Below, piece by piece: positions 1 through 9,608 of a DNA stretch of 64,000 bases. The notes under the pieces were generated by a model. The model did not search any database. It was given only the letters and a program-made list of their open reading frames with translations, and was not told where the DNA came from. Source of the stretch: Candidatus Heimdallarchaeota archaeon (GTDB taxonomy: Archaea > Asgardarchaeota > Heimdallarchaeia > JABLTI01). Made by a program: the position numbers and the translations under genes. Where the stretch lies: positions 1 to 64,000 of the forward strand of contig JABCTZ010000025.1 in NCBI GenBank assembly GCA_018238155.1, in the 5' to 3' direction. Every line of letters starts with the position of its first letter. The stretch's first letter is position 1.

Positions 1-145
1 ATCCCCTTTCATAGCATTTTGTGCAGAAGTTGTTACTATTGGTATTGCTAAAAAAACGATCATAATAAATACCATTAACCCTGCTTTCTTTCCAAATTCT
101 TTCCAAATTCTTTCCAAATTCTTTCCACTCCTCTAAATAATTCAA
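1..145 (-). CDS. 5' end of a paralog of the 1836..3539 secreted protein (runs off window start); 11-bp tandem repeat near its start
   Basis: Nt 1-220 is near-identical to 3418-3613. One frame reads GKKAGLMVFIMIVFLAIPIVTTSAQNAMKGD. Two extra CTTTCCAAATT units (22 bp) put the TTG at 145 out of frame; an internal TTG or ATG is in frame. Confidence 0.7.
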   Translation of the reverse strand, partial: MNYLEEWKEFGKNLERIWKESRVNGIYYDRFFSNTNSNNFCTKCYERG

Positions 146-444
146 TAAAAAGAACTATTCAATAGATACAATGTGAAGATACAATAATAAATATTTCTGA
201 ATAAAAAAATTATGTCGGAGAAAAAATAAAAAAAAATCGAAATCTCATCCATTCATTTTTTTCTGTTATCAAATAGTTTTCTTATTTTTGACAAATAAAT
301 TACTCCTCGAATTTTCTCAGTATACTTTATTTTGCAGTATGACAATATACTATTATATTTAAAATTTAATTGAAGCTGAATATCTGTTGTTTATTAATAC
401 GTTTTATCATTATAATGATAATCGGTTATTTTATATAGATGAAT

Positions 445-525
445 GATATATTTTTAAAAAACTTAATTAACTTTTTAAACATCCTCGAATACCGTCGAAA
501 AATCGACGAGGATTTCGTGCATTTT
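445..525 (-). repeat. Dispersed ~80-90 bp intergenic repeat, copy A, with CGTCGA-N4-TCGACG palindrome (493-508)
   Basis: Reverse complement aligns by eye with 7415-7485 (cgaaatcctcgtcgatttttcgacg...tgtttaaaaagttaattaa vs cgaaattctcgtcgatttatcgacg...tgtataaaaagttagttaa). Confidence 0.7.
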
Positions 526-669
526 TTAGAAATTAAATTAGATATCTTTGATCAGCTTAAAAGGATCTTTTGATAAAACAGTGCCATAATCGTAGAATTT
601 TTTATTCTAGTACTGACCCTTTTGAATCAAAGAGGTTTTTATAAATAATGTTGCTATTTAATAAAATAT

Positions 670-750
670 TAAATTAAGTTTTTAAGCATTCTTAGTTTCA
701 GTCGATTTATCGACGAAGACTCTTGGTCTTAAAAAAATAAGACTAAGTGG
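670..750 (-). repeat. Dispersed intergenic repeat, copy B, with two palindromes (GTCGA-N4-TCGAC 701-714; GTCTTA-N6-TAAGAC 726-743)
   Basis: Reverse complement aligns with 7390-7475. It lies ~210 bp from copy A. Confidence 0.7.
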
Positions 751-1238
751 ATTTGTAAATAGAAATAAAAATTTCTGGTTTAGTTTAAAGTAACTCTCTT
801 ATTAATACTCAATATTCTAGTATTATTTGAGTCAAAAAGTTCAATCAGATTTAGGAATTATTTAAGAGAGATTATTCGCTAACCCATTTCACAAGGATGA
901 TGACTATTCCTTATAAAAATCTCTTTCTTATCAGTTCATTGAACAAATTGCTATTCATTTTTGATTTGAGCCTCTATTCCAATGACAAATTGTGATATAA
1001 TTTACTTCTTTAGTTTGGGTATAGTATTATTATTTTTACCTCCTTATTTTAGCTGAACTTTTTTTTCTAATTATATGAAAAGGATTTTAACAAAAATTGA
1101 ATTGATCATATAGTGAGTGATAGTTTTTCCTCGAACAAATAGCTTTTGTTTAGTTTATTAATGAAAAAACTAAATTGTTATTCAATTATATATTTAATAC
1201 AAAAATAAAAGAAAAAAAAAGAATCTAGACTAATGTGT

Positions 1239-1808
1239 CTAATTTCTCTTTTTTCTAGTAATTGAAATAATACTTAAAAGTATAATGAACCCAAAAATAA
1301 AAATACCTGTAGGAAGAGCAAGAGGATCTGTTCCTGAATTGATGACATTATAACCAAAAATAACTGTAGCATTGGAGTTTTCGGTTAATATAACAGCATT
1401 GTAAGAAAAAGAAGCAATGCTATCATAACTACTTCTTACCATGGTAGATGTTTGAAAAAAATTTTCTCCCGGAACCAAAGTAAAGTTATTTTTTAATGGT
1501 GTCCAAATAATTCCATCATCAAAGAATGTAATAAAAGTTACATTTGAATGGGAATCTACTAACACGGTATAATTCACGAAAATCGTTCCACCGGGATAAA
1601 GATGTGGGGAGATAAGTTCTCTCGCAGAACTCCATTTAGTAAAAAATACCTTTTCAGTATATGAATTTGTCAAAGCTTTTTTAGTAGGGTTAAATGAATA
1701 CCCGGTAGTAGAATGTATCTGTATAAAAATACAGATAGATAGGATAAGAATCAGCTGTAAAATAGCTTTTGTTCTCTCTTGGTAAGTACCTTTGTATATT
1801 TTTTTCAT
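1239..1808 (-). CDS. Hypothetical membrane-anchored exported protein
   Basis: N-terminal hydrophobic signal, beta-rich middle, C-terminal TM helix plus basic tail RKKRN. Confidence 0.75.
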   Translation of the reverse strand: MKKIYKGTYQERTKAILQLILILSICIFIQIHSTTGYSFNPTKKALTNSYTEKVFFTKWSSARELISPHLYPGGTIFVNYTVLVDSHSNVTFITFFDDGIIWTPLKNNFTLVPGENFFQTSTMVRSSYDSIASFSYNAVILTENSNATVIFGYNVINSGTDPLALPTGIFIFGFIILLSIISITRKKRN

Positions 1809-1835
1809 ATTATCACCTTTTTTATTTGAACTTGT

Positions 1836-3539
1836 TTATGTAGCTGGAGCATAAAATATATGCCAATTATCTTGGAAGTGGTGTGTACAACAATTCGAAT
1901 TACTATCAGTACACCATTGATTAGTTGGATCATGATTTCCAAACCAAGTAGGCAAGGCAAATCTTTCAAATAAATAGTTGTCCCAATCAAAAATTGTGTT
2001 AAATCTATAGACCATAATACATTTTATACAAAGATGACCGTATGTTCCACAATCTTTACAATTAAAAATATGTCCAAGTTCATGTTGAACAATGCCATCA
2101 ATATTGTATTTCCAATCAATATACGTTGCAGCTTTAGTGTTTCCTGCACAAATTACAGCGCAATTTTTATCAAACTTCTGTCCCATGTGATCTGCTGCTT
2201 CATAAGCTACAATAAGTAATATATCAAATCCACAATTTTCTGTATCAAGAACATACGTCTCTGACCAGCTCCCACTTTTAGTATTCAGAACACTTCCAGC
2301 ACGAGCTATACCTACAGAATAAATTTCACTACATGTATCGACATGAGCACCTATGCTTAAAGAAGCATCATCTTTACAGATAATCATTTTATGATCAATA
2401 TAATTATCAGTACGTTGATTATATTGTTTCTCAAACATATACAAACCTGCTTTTACACTACCATATGTTGTATGCTCAAAATATGGTCTTGGATTTTCGG
2501 GCCAATTTGTCAATTTTGAAGGACTGGGTGTAGAAGCATCTTCCCATAAATAGTAGATGAACACTGCATGGGGTCCATTTCCAAGAGACTTTGTTTTTAC
2601 CTTAAATCGCGGATCAACGAAGACAGGGTCTCCTTCACTCACAACATCATAATCGGAATTATATGCTTGAGCAGCTACTTCAATAATATCCCACTCACCA
2701 ACATTCATAGCTCCATTTGTATGTGCATAATTGAAATTAACATTGTATTTCTTTTGGGCACCAGGTGCTAAAATATCAGAAAATAAATATATTTGAGTTA
2801 GTTCTATTTTGCCTGCACTATTTTCATAGCCATATGACTTCCAATTATAGGTATCTGAACCTGCCCTATAGGATCGAATTTTAATCCAAAAAGCAATTCC
2901 ATACGCATTATAGCTACCTTCGTTCTTTATAGTTATACTAATGGGAATTTGTTCACCTTTATACTTATCAGGAGGATTAGAGATACCTATGATATCAATT
3001 GTTGTGTCAGGAATCCATGGGATGATTGATAACGTAGTACTGTATATTTCTTGGTCGTTGGGATTTCTGTAAGTGACATCCAGCTCAAAAGCTATTTTTT
3101 CGGGTAAGCGTTGGAAACCTGTAATAGTGAATGGACGAAGAGCGCTTTGTGCTTTCCCTCGTTTCATAGCACTCCAAGTTGTTCTATCTCGCAGTATTTT
3201 TGGGTCATTTTTTTCTCCGGTCATCGTTTGTTCTACTGCTAAACTCGCACTATCCTTGAACCTCAATGTAGCATTCACTGTTGAGGTGAAATGTTTCATA
3301 GCTTTTAATTGTACATCCAAAAATAAGATGATATTCCCATACGAATCTTTTTCTGTGTTTGCTGTTCTTCGTTCTTTTGATAGAATTAGTTCAGAAGATG
3401 CACAGACAATTACTGGGTCTCCTTTCATAGCATTTTGTGCAGATGATGTTACTATTGGTATTGCTAAAAAAACGATCATAATAAATACCGTTAACCCTGC
3501 TTTCTTTCCAATTTCTTTCCACTCCTCTGAATAATTCAA
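1836..3539 (-). CDS. Secreted zinc metallopeptidase-like protein (Ig/CARDB-like domains + C-terminal HExxH domain)
   Basis: Signal peptide, CARDB-like segment GEQIPISITIKNEGS...LAPGAQK, HELGHIF motif followed by CIM (Met-turn-like) and a Cys-rich tail. Confidence 0.75.
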   Translation of the reverse strand: MNYSEEWKEIGKKAGLTVFIMIVFLAIPIVTSSAQNAMKGDPVIVCASSELILSKERRTANTEKDSYGNIILFLDVQLKAMKHFTSTVNATLRFKDSASLAVEQTMTGEKNDPKILRDRTTWSAMKRGKAQSALRPFTITGFQRLPEKIAFELDVTYRNPNDQEIYSTTLSIIPWIPDTTIDIIGISNPPDKYKGEQIPISITIKNEGSYNAYGIAFWIKIRSYRAGSDTYNWKSYGYENSAGKIELTQIYLFSDILAPGAQKKYNVNFNYAHTNGAMNVGEWDIIEVAAQAYNSDYDVVSEGDPVFVDPRFKVKTKSLGNGPHAVFIYYLWEDASTPSPSKLTNWPENPRPYFEHTTYGSVKAGLYMFEKQYNQRTDNYIDHKMIICKDDASLSIGAHVDTCSEIYSVGIARAGSVLNTKSGSWSETYVLDTENCGFDILLIVAYEAADHMGQKFDKNCAVICAGNTKAATYIDWKYNIDGIVQHELGHIFNCKDCGTYGHLCIKCIMVYRFNTIFDWDNYLFERFALPTWFGNHDPTNQWCTDSNSNCCTHHFQDNWHIFYAPAT

Positions 3540-4015
3540 GAAAAAGAACTATTCAATAGATACAAAGGGAAGATACAATAATAAATATTGCTGAAAAAAA
3601 AATTATGTCGGAGGATAAAAATAATCAAATACGGTTGCTAGTTACCATCTACATATGTTCAAAAAACATTTGTTATAATAATTGTATCTCTGGTAAAAAG
3701 GATTTCATATCACCTTTGAATAAGATATTTTTTGTAATAAACATTTTAACAAATTACTAGTGAACTTATTTCTTCTTTTGAAAGTCTGGAGGGAAAATTT
3801 CCATAATTATTATTAATAGCTCTAACATCTATTTTTCACAAGTAAACTATTCAGTTGTTAAAGAAAACAGTAAATAAGTCTTTTTTCTGGATATATGATA
3901 ATAGGTATTATCAAATATGCTCTATTTAAAGGCATTTATATATAAGACGGAACCTTTTCAATATGAAAAAGGGTAGGGTAAATGAGTCGAAAGTGTCGTT
4001 AGAAGCACACTTTAA

Positions 4016-4201
4016 TGGATTTTATTGCACATAATTAGTCTAGCTATTATAAAAGGTAGACAAGAAAAGGATAAAACAAAACCACGTGCACAACCCCAAA
4101 AGTCTTCTCAGAACCTTACAAATAGGCAGCGTTACTATAACAAGTAGATGCAAGCCGAAGCTGTTTAGATCAGAAGAAAAAAAATCATTCCTTTAATATC
4201 A
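4016..4201 (+). pseudogene. Stop-interrupted N-terminal part of a TM-RING gene
   Basis: Same frame as 4202: WILLHIISLAIIKGRQEKDKTKPRAQ...NK*MQAEAV*IRRKKIIPLIS, with TAG at 4145 and 4166. The layout matches the intact neighbour 4477..5058. Confidence 0.55.
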
Positions 4202-4381
4202 ATGGTTTTTATTGATAAATCACTGGAATATTTATGCATGATTTGTAAACTGGCTTTAAGAAATAATCAAGAAATTTTAATTTGTCCTTTTTGTCAATCT
4301 TTTTTTCACGAGGAGCATTTACAAGATTGGTTACAATTAGCAGATGATTGTCCTGTTTGCAAAAATTTACTTAAAGAATAG
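4202..4381 (+). CDS. 59-aa RING-variant zinc finger (missed by ORF track)
   Basis: MVFIDKSLEYLCMICKLALRNNQEILICPFCQSFFHEEHLQDWLQLADDCPVCKNLLKE*; pattern C-x2-C..C-x2-C-x4-H-x2-H..W..C-x2-C. Confidence 0.7.
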   Translation: MVFIDKSLEYLCMICKLALRNNQEILICPFCQSFFHEEHLQDWLQLADDCPVCKNLLKE

Positions 4382-4419
4382 AGTGTTTTTTGAAAAAAAA
4401 CCAAACCAAAAAAGCGGCG

Positions 4420-4437
4420 GTCTTAAAAATTTAAGAC
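4420..4437. promoter_or_regulatory. GTCTTA-N6-TAAGAC palindrome upstream of TM-RING gene
   Basis: gtcttaaaaatttaagac; same arms and spacing as 726-743, 7397-7414 and 51336-51353. Confidence 0.5.
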
Positions 4438-4476
4438 TTCAATCGTTTTTTAGCAAAAAGATACTTTTTTATTAGA

Positions 4477-5058
4477 TTGTACCCCGATTTAATTAGTGAT
4501 ACTATGTCCCACAAGAATGACAAAAAAAACCGAAACTTAATAACAGGAATCATACTAGCGGTTTATGTTGCGATATTTCTATTTGTTTTCTTAGTATTTC
4601 TTGGTTTTCTTCCCATTGAAATTTTGGTTGCAAGTATTGTTTTATTTGTTTCTATAGGTGTAGCAGTAATTGGTCTTACAATTTTTGGTATAGTTTATTT
4701 GTTGAATAGAAGAAAAGAAAAAATAATCAAAGAGGAAAAAGCTGCTTCTCGCCAAAATAGATCCATTACTCGACAGCAAAGAGCCTCTGAACAATCTCAT
4801 AGTACCACTGGTGTTAGAACAAGAAATCTACATAAATCAGTTGAAAGCGTTAGTTTAGATACTTTAATTTTTACCGGGAAAACTGAAGGAGAGAAATGTA
4901 ACATTTGTAAATTGACTTGTACTGAAGATCAATTAATTTGTACTTGTCCTTTCTGTGAATCACTCTTTCACAAAAACCATTTAGAAGATTGGTTAATCCA
5001 AAATAAAGATTGCCCAGTTTGCTCTCGAGATTTATCAGGTTATATTAACAAAGAATAA
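4477..5058 (+). CDS. Membrane-anchored RING-finger protein (putative E3 ligase-like); likely start ATG 4504
   Basis: Two N-terminal TM helices, basic linker, CNIC...CPFCESLFHKNHLEDWL...CPVC. Confidence 0.85.
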   Translation: MYPDLISDTMSHKNDKKNRNLITGIILAVYVAIFLFVFLVFLGFLPIEILVASIVLFVSIGVAVIGLTIFGIVYLLNRRKEKIIKEEKAASRQNRSITRQQRASEQSHSTTGVRTRNLHKSVESVSLDTLIFTGKTEGEKCNICKLTCTEDQLICTCPFCESLFHKNHLEDWLIQNKDCPVCSRDLSGYINKE

Positions 5059-5181
5059 TAAATAAAGGTAGAAATTTTTTTAAAAAGTTTTTTTTCACTT
5101 TTTTTTATGCTTTTGCGTATATCAAAAGAGTATAATTAGGAATAGTTAAATAAAATGATTATATAAATAGAAATAGTTCAT

Positions 5182-7359
5182 TTGAGGTTGAATTTTATGA
5201 GTTTTGAAGCAACAGATATCATTCCACTAGAATATCAATCAATTTTCAATATTATTTCCCCATTAGAAAAGTCAGGTATTTTAAAGATTATAAAACAGGA
5301 TTTCGTTGATATAAAAGACAATTATGAGAAATTTTTATTTGGTTTACAAAAATATTTAGAAAAATATAAAGGGGAAGATATTTCCTCTATAGTTTTTCTT
5401 ATGTTTTCTCAAATCGCAACTGACTTACAACAAGAAAAACTGATAGTCAAAATGTTAGAAGTATACCCTGATTCATCTGAACTAAAATACTATAAAGTTC
5501 TACAAGATGTGGATAAAGGTATTTTTGATGGTATCGAAGAAGTATTAGAAATCGCTAGATTAGCTGATACAGAGCGAAATACTATTCTAACCAGATTAGT
5601 TGCTGCAGATAAACTAGCGAAAATAATTCTCGATTTGCAAAGCTTTATTTTAGAAATGTCATTTTATTCTTTAAAAGAAGAACATGATAAAATTCCTGAT
5701 ATTTATGAAAAAGTAGAACCTATTTGGAAACGCGTTGTTGAATGGGTTAGAGAAAAAGATATTATTTATGTAATTGAAATTGCTTCGCGAATAATCATTC
5801 AACAAACTCAACATCTAATGAGAGCTCAAAATCTCGACTCTTCTATAGCCTTTTATGAAAAAGAAGAAAATCAAGATGTATTGAATATTAGTCAAAGTGC
5901 TGCTATGAGAGCAAATATTTTACATGTTGCATCAACGTTATACTACCAAAGCGGAAAACCAAAGAAAGCGTTAAAATTACTAGAAAAAGCAATTAGACTT
6001 CATAAAAAGATTTATGGTAGAAATTCTTGGAAATCAACTTTTTATCATAACCTCGCGTATATGTACTCTTTAACTGATACCGACAAGTGCTTGGGGTCTT
6101 ATCATAAAGGATTAGCCCTTTTGGAAAATACTAATGATTTACAATCCATAGCTTCTACACTTAGTAATATAATAGGTCTCTACATACAGTTGAATAAAAA
6201 ATCTGAGGCAAGAAAATACCTAAAACAACTAGTCAATATTCTTGAATCTAGCGAAGCTTTAGTTACGGCTTTTAGAGCTTATGCAGTTACCGCCAATGCT
6301 TTATCATTAGATGAATATTCCCTTGCTAAGAAATATTTAGTTAAATTAGAAGAGCAAGTTGGAAAACAACCCACATTGTTCAATAAAGCTCTCCTTGCAG
6401 GAGCAAAAATGGGCTTTAATACAGATGCTAGAATACATTCAGAAGAAGCTTATCTGTGGGGAGAAGAATGTCTTTATTATCTCAATAAACAAAAGGATTA
6501 TCTCAATGTATTAGCATCTCTCTTTAATTTAACAGAGCTAGATATTAATTACTATAAAATAACTGGAAAAGAGCGATATCTAAAAGCTGCTAGAAAACGG
6601 TTTAATGAATTATTTACATTAATTGGTGCATTGAAATTACCTGAATTTGTCGCTGCGAAAAATATTATCTATGCATGCTATGAGTTATTAAATAAAAATT
6701 TTGAACAAGTAACAAGTTTATTGGAAAAAATACCTGATGTAAAAAGTGACTCAATTAGAAAAAATAAAGAAATGCTAGAACAGATTCTAAAATTCTCAAA
6801 GGATCGCATGGATATAGAAGATGATGCTGAGCCGATAACTGTTTCTTCTGAGGTATTAGTAAACGAAATAGCAAATAATAAAGATGCACAACAGGTTTTC
6901 ATAATGCATATCTTAGGAAAAACCCTACAAGAACTCATTTCTATACCACAACAAGTTGATCCCATAAAAGCTGATATTAAACTATTGTTGCTAATTAATT
7001 CTGCGGGTCTGACTATTTTCACAAAAGTTCTTGATATTCAAAAAATGAACCAACAATTAATTTCTAACTTTATCTCTGCTATAGATTCTTTTGGCAAACA
7101 ATTGTTTGGTACAACTGAATCATATTTTTCAATAAGTCGTGGCAATAATATCATTTTATTCCAAAAGGTCAATGAGGATTTAGATCTAGCTTTAATTGTA
7201 TCACAAGAAAATTTTGATTCAATTATGAAACTCAATACTCTTTCAAAAGAAATTAATGTATATTTGGGAGAAAATAAAATTGATTTAAATAAAGTTCTAA
7301 ATGAAACCGATTCATTTTACAAATGGCTTCAAAAAGAAAGTGATGAGCTAATCCAATAA
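5182..7359 (+). CDS. TPR-repeat protein with C-terminal longin-like domain
   Basis: TPR-like helices (YHNLAYMY, TLSNIIGLY). C-terminus IKLLLLINSAGLTIF...QLISNFISAIDSFGKQLF is typical of Asgard longin domains. Confidence 0.8.
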   Translation: MRLNFMSFEATDIIPLEYQSIFNIISPLEKSGILKIIKQDFVDIKDNYEKFLFGLQKYLEKYKGEDISSIVFLMFSQIATDLQQEKLIVKMLEVYPDSSELKYYKVLQDVDKGIFDGIEEVLEIARLADTERNTILTRLVAADKLAKIILDLQSFILEMSFYSLKEEHDKIPDIYEKVEPIWKRVVEWVREKDIIYVIEIASRIIIQQTQHLMRAQNLDSSIAFYEKEENQDVLNISQSAAMRANILHVASTLYYQSGKPKKALKLLEKAIRLHKKIYGRNSWKSTFYHNLAYMYSLTDTDKCLGSYHKGLALLENTNDLQSIASTLSNIIGLYIQLNKKSEARKYLKQLVNILESSEALVTAFRAYAVTANALSLDEYSLAKKYLVKLEEQVGKQPTLFNKALLAGAKMGFNTDARIHSEEAYLWGEECLYYLNKQKDYLNVLASLFNLTELDINYYKITGKERYLKAARKRFNELFTLIGALKLPEFVAAKNIIYACYELLNKNFEQVTSLLEKIPDVKSDSIRKNKEMLEQILKFSKDRMDIEDDAEPITVSSEVLVNEIANNKDAQQVFIMHILGKTLQELISIPQQVDPIKADIKLLLLINSAGLTIFTKVLDIQKMNQQLISNFISAIDSFGKQLFGTTESYFSISRGNNIILFQKVNEDLDLALIVSQENFDSIMKLNTLSKEINVYLGENKIDLNKVLNETDSFYKWLQKESDELIQ

Positions 7360-7389
7360 TTTAGCTTAACTCTTTTCCTTTTTTTCTAA

Positions 7390-7485
7390 TACTCAAGTCC
7401 TATTTTTTTAAGACCGAAATTCTCGTCGATTTATCGACGAAAGTTGTTAATGTATAAAAAGTTAGTTAATGTTTTAAAAAACATA
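7390..7485 (+). repeat. Dispersed intergenic repeat, copy C (palindromes at 7397-7414 and TCGTCGAT-tt-ATCGACGA at 7423-7440)
   Basis: Aligns with the reverse complements of copies A and B. It lies between convergent genes. Confidence 0.7.
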
Positions 7486-7586
7486 AAGAGTACTTATAAG
7501 AATAGATGAATATTAGATATAATTTTCGAAATAAAAAAAGATTTTTTGAATAAACAAGAAAAAAAAGCATTACTATAAAATAAAAA

Positions 7587-8072
7587 TCAATCTTTACAAG
7601 CTGTTTTAATCCAGTCAGCGGCTATATCCAGTAATGCAGCAACAAGTTTTTTTCTTCTATGTAGCTTCTCTGCATCAGCTTTACTAAGTTTTTCAAGTAA
7701 AGAATTGTCTTTAGTGGCCATTAGAATATATTGTTCAGCGGTGTGAGGCAATTTAATTATTTTTGTCCATACTTTGGTATTTCCGGATTCAAGATATGAA
7801 TAGTTTAATGGACCAATTTTTAAATAATCACTAATACGTTCAGAGAATTCTCCGGAAAGAGCACTGACCGCTGAAATATTTTCCTTTTCTGCAAGAGGAT
7901 GAATTATTTCTGCCATGAATAAACCATTCTCATCTGTCAATACACAAGAACGCAGTTTTCCAGCTTTAAATAATTCTTCAATAATGATGGTTAGCATTTG
8001 ACTTCGAGAACAGGTTGGATTTTTTGCCAGTTTCTTTTCGATTTCATTAGATAATTTGGTAGCTTTGGACAT
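7587..8072 (-). CDS. Roadblock/LC7 (LAMTOR/MglB-like) domain protein
   Basis: LRSCVLTDENGLFMAE...ENISAVSAL...IGPLNYSYLESGNTKV roadblock pattern. Confidence 0.8.
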   Translation of the reverse strand: MSKATKLSNEIEKKLAKNPTCSRSQMLTIIIEELFKAGKLRSCVLTDENGLFMAEIIHPLAEKENISAVSALSGEFSERISDYLKIGPLNYSYLESGNTKVWTKIIKLPHTAEQYILMATKDNSLLEKLSKADAEKLHRRKKLVAALLDIAADWIKTACKD

Positions 8073-8406
8073 AGTTCTTCTTTGACTCCTTAGTAAGTAA
8101 ATAACTAAACATAAATGAGAAGAGCTTTATAGTTTTTATAACCTTATTGTTTGTGACCTAATTAATCATTCTTGGAAAACCTAATTGGCAAATAGATAAT
8201 CTATTGCTTGTATATTCTGTGGTTTAAGATGGTTGAAATAAATACTTTTGAATAAATTGAATGATTAAAAACCATTTCTATACTAGGACCAAGAATTACT
8301 AGTTGTTTTCGAAGAAAAGACTACGAGAGAAATAGATTTCTATTATCAGAGAAATCGTTTTCGTAAAGTAGGACCATAAAAAAGTAGTTAGATGAGAGTT
8401 TCCCTT

Positions 8407-9216
8407 TCATCTGATTTTTTGGATTAGATCATTAACAAAATGATCATTCGCTGATTTAAAGTTTAGATTTAAATTTGCTGTAACGGGTGAAATGCTAATC
8501 ATTTTATGCAATAAAGTATCAGTATCGCTACCTTGAGGTATATCTTCTACTAGATGACCCCAAATAAAATAGTAGCTGTTATTTCTTGGGTCTAGTTTTT
8601 TCTCTGGTTTAAAGTCAAGAAATCTATTTGACAAGAAAGTATTTTTAATCTCTGTTTCTAGAGAAACATCAAGGGGATAGTTCACATTGATAAAAGCAAG
8701 ATTTTCTGGATATGTACATTGAAGTAATTGTTTAACAATGAGCGCTGAAACCTCAGCTGCCTTTTGAAAAGTGTTATCATCTGGTGAGATAAAGAAATTC
8801 TTCTCGGAAACATGCATTGAAAAAGCTGCTGCAGGTATGCCATAAAACGATGCTTCAAAACAAGCTGCACATGTTCCACTTGTAAGCACAATATGATTAG
8901 AAACATTGAGCCCTTGATTTATCCCTGCAACTACAAAATCAAATGGTCCTTCCTCCAGTGTATTTACACCAAGTATTACTGCATCAGCAGTTGTTCCTGT
9001 AATAGAATATCCTACAATTGAATCAGTAATGTTGATCTTCTCTGTACGGATGATATTATTTATTGTAACTGCCTTACTCTCTGCACTTCTTTGTGTTTCT
9101 GCTGAAATAATTGTTACATCAGCAAATTTTGAGAGCTCATTGTAAAGGCTTAGAATACCACTACTACGAATACCATCGTCATTTGTAAGTAAAATTTTTT
9201 TTCTATTTGTTGTCAT
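8407..9216 (-). CDS. surE: 5'/3'-nucleotidase SurE
   Basis: ILLTNDDGI, GTTADAV, GINQGLN, SGT motifs. Confidence 0.95.
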   Translation of the reverse strand: MTTNRKKILLTNDDGIRSSGILSLYNELSKFADVTIISAETQRSAESKAVTINNIIRTEKINITDSIVGYSITGTTADAVILGVNTLEEGPFDFVVAGINQGLNVSNHIVLTSGTCAACFEASFYGIPAAAFSMHVSEKNFFISPDDNTFQKAAEVSALIVKQLLQCTYPENLAFINVNYPLDVSLETEIKNTFLSNRFLDFKPEKKLDPRNNSYYFIWGHLVEDIPQGSDTDTLLHKMISISPVTANLNLNFKSANDHFVNDLIQKIR

Positions 9217-9384
9217 TAATTTCCCACGCTAATATTATTTGATCTATATTTCAGATATAGTGCTAACAAGCTACCTAACAATTAAGTTTGTTGATGCTTT
9301 TAATTTTTGAAAGAAAAAGTCAACCATTTTAACTTCTAAGTATTTTTTTTACTCATAGATCTTTGTGAATTATAAATTTCACAA

Positions 9385-9572
9385 TGACATAGATAACATG
9401 GCTTTTATTGACCAAAGCACTATTAACATGATAACTATGATTGTGCTAGTCCTACCGACATGACTAATTGGACTAATTTGTATCAATTAGACTTTTTGTA
9501 CAAGATGTACAGCTTGTACAATTTGTACTATTGGAATCATAGCAATGACTTTCATAGTCCAAAAGTCCATAT
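9385..9572. repeat. Degenerate 9-bp-period direct repeat tract
   Basis: ...gactaattg gactaattt gtatcaatt agactttt tgtacaaga tgtacagct tgtacaatt tgtactatt...; lies between the divergent surE and LRR genes. Confidence 0.55.
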
Positions 9573-9608
9573 AGGAAAAGTTTAATGTAGGAAAAAGTGT
9601 GATGAAAT

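Noticed and set aside
445-750. Possible CRISPR array from the palindromic repeats
   Set aside because: Only two degenerate local copies ~210 bp apart, no repeat-spacer regularity and no cas genes.
8407-9216. surE as part of the GTPase module
   Set aside because: Ordinary housekeeping nucleotidase; nothing beyond proximity links it.
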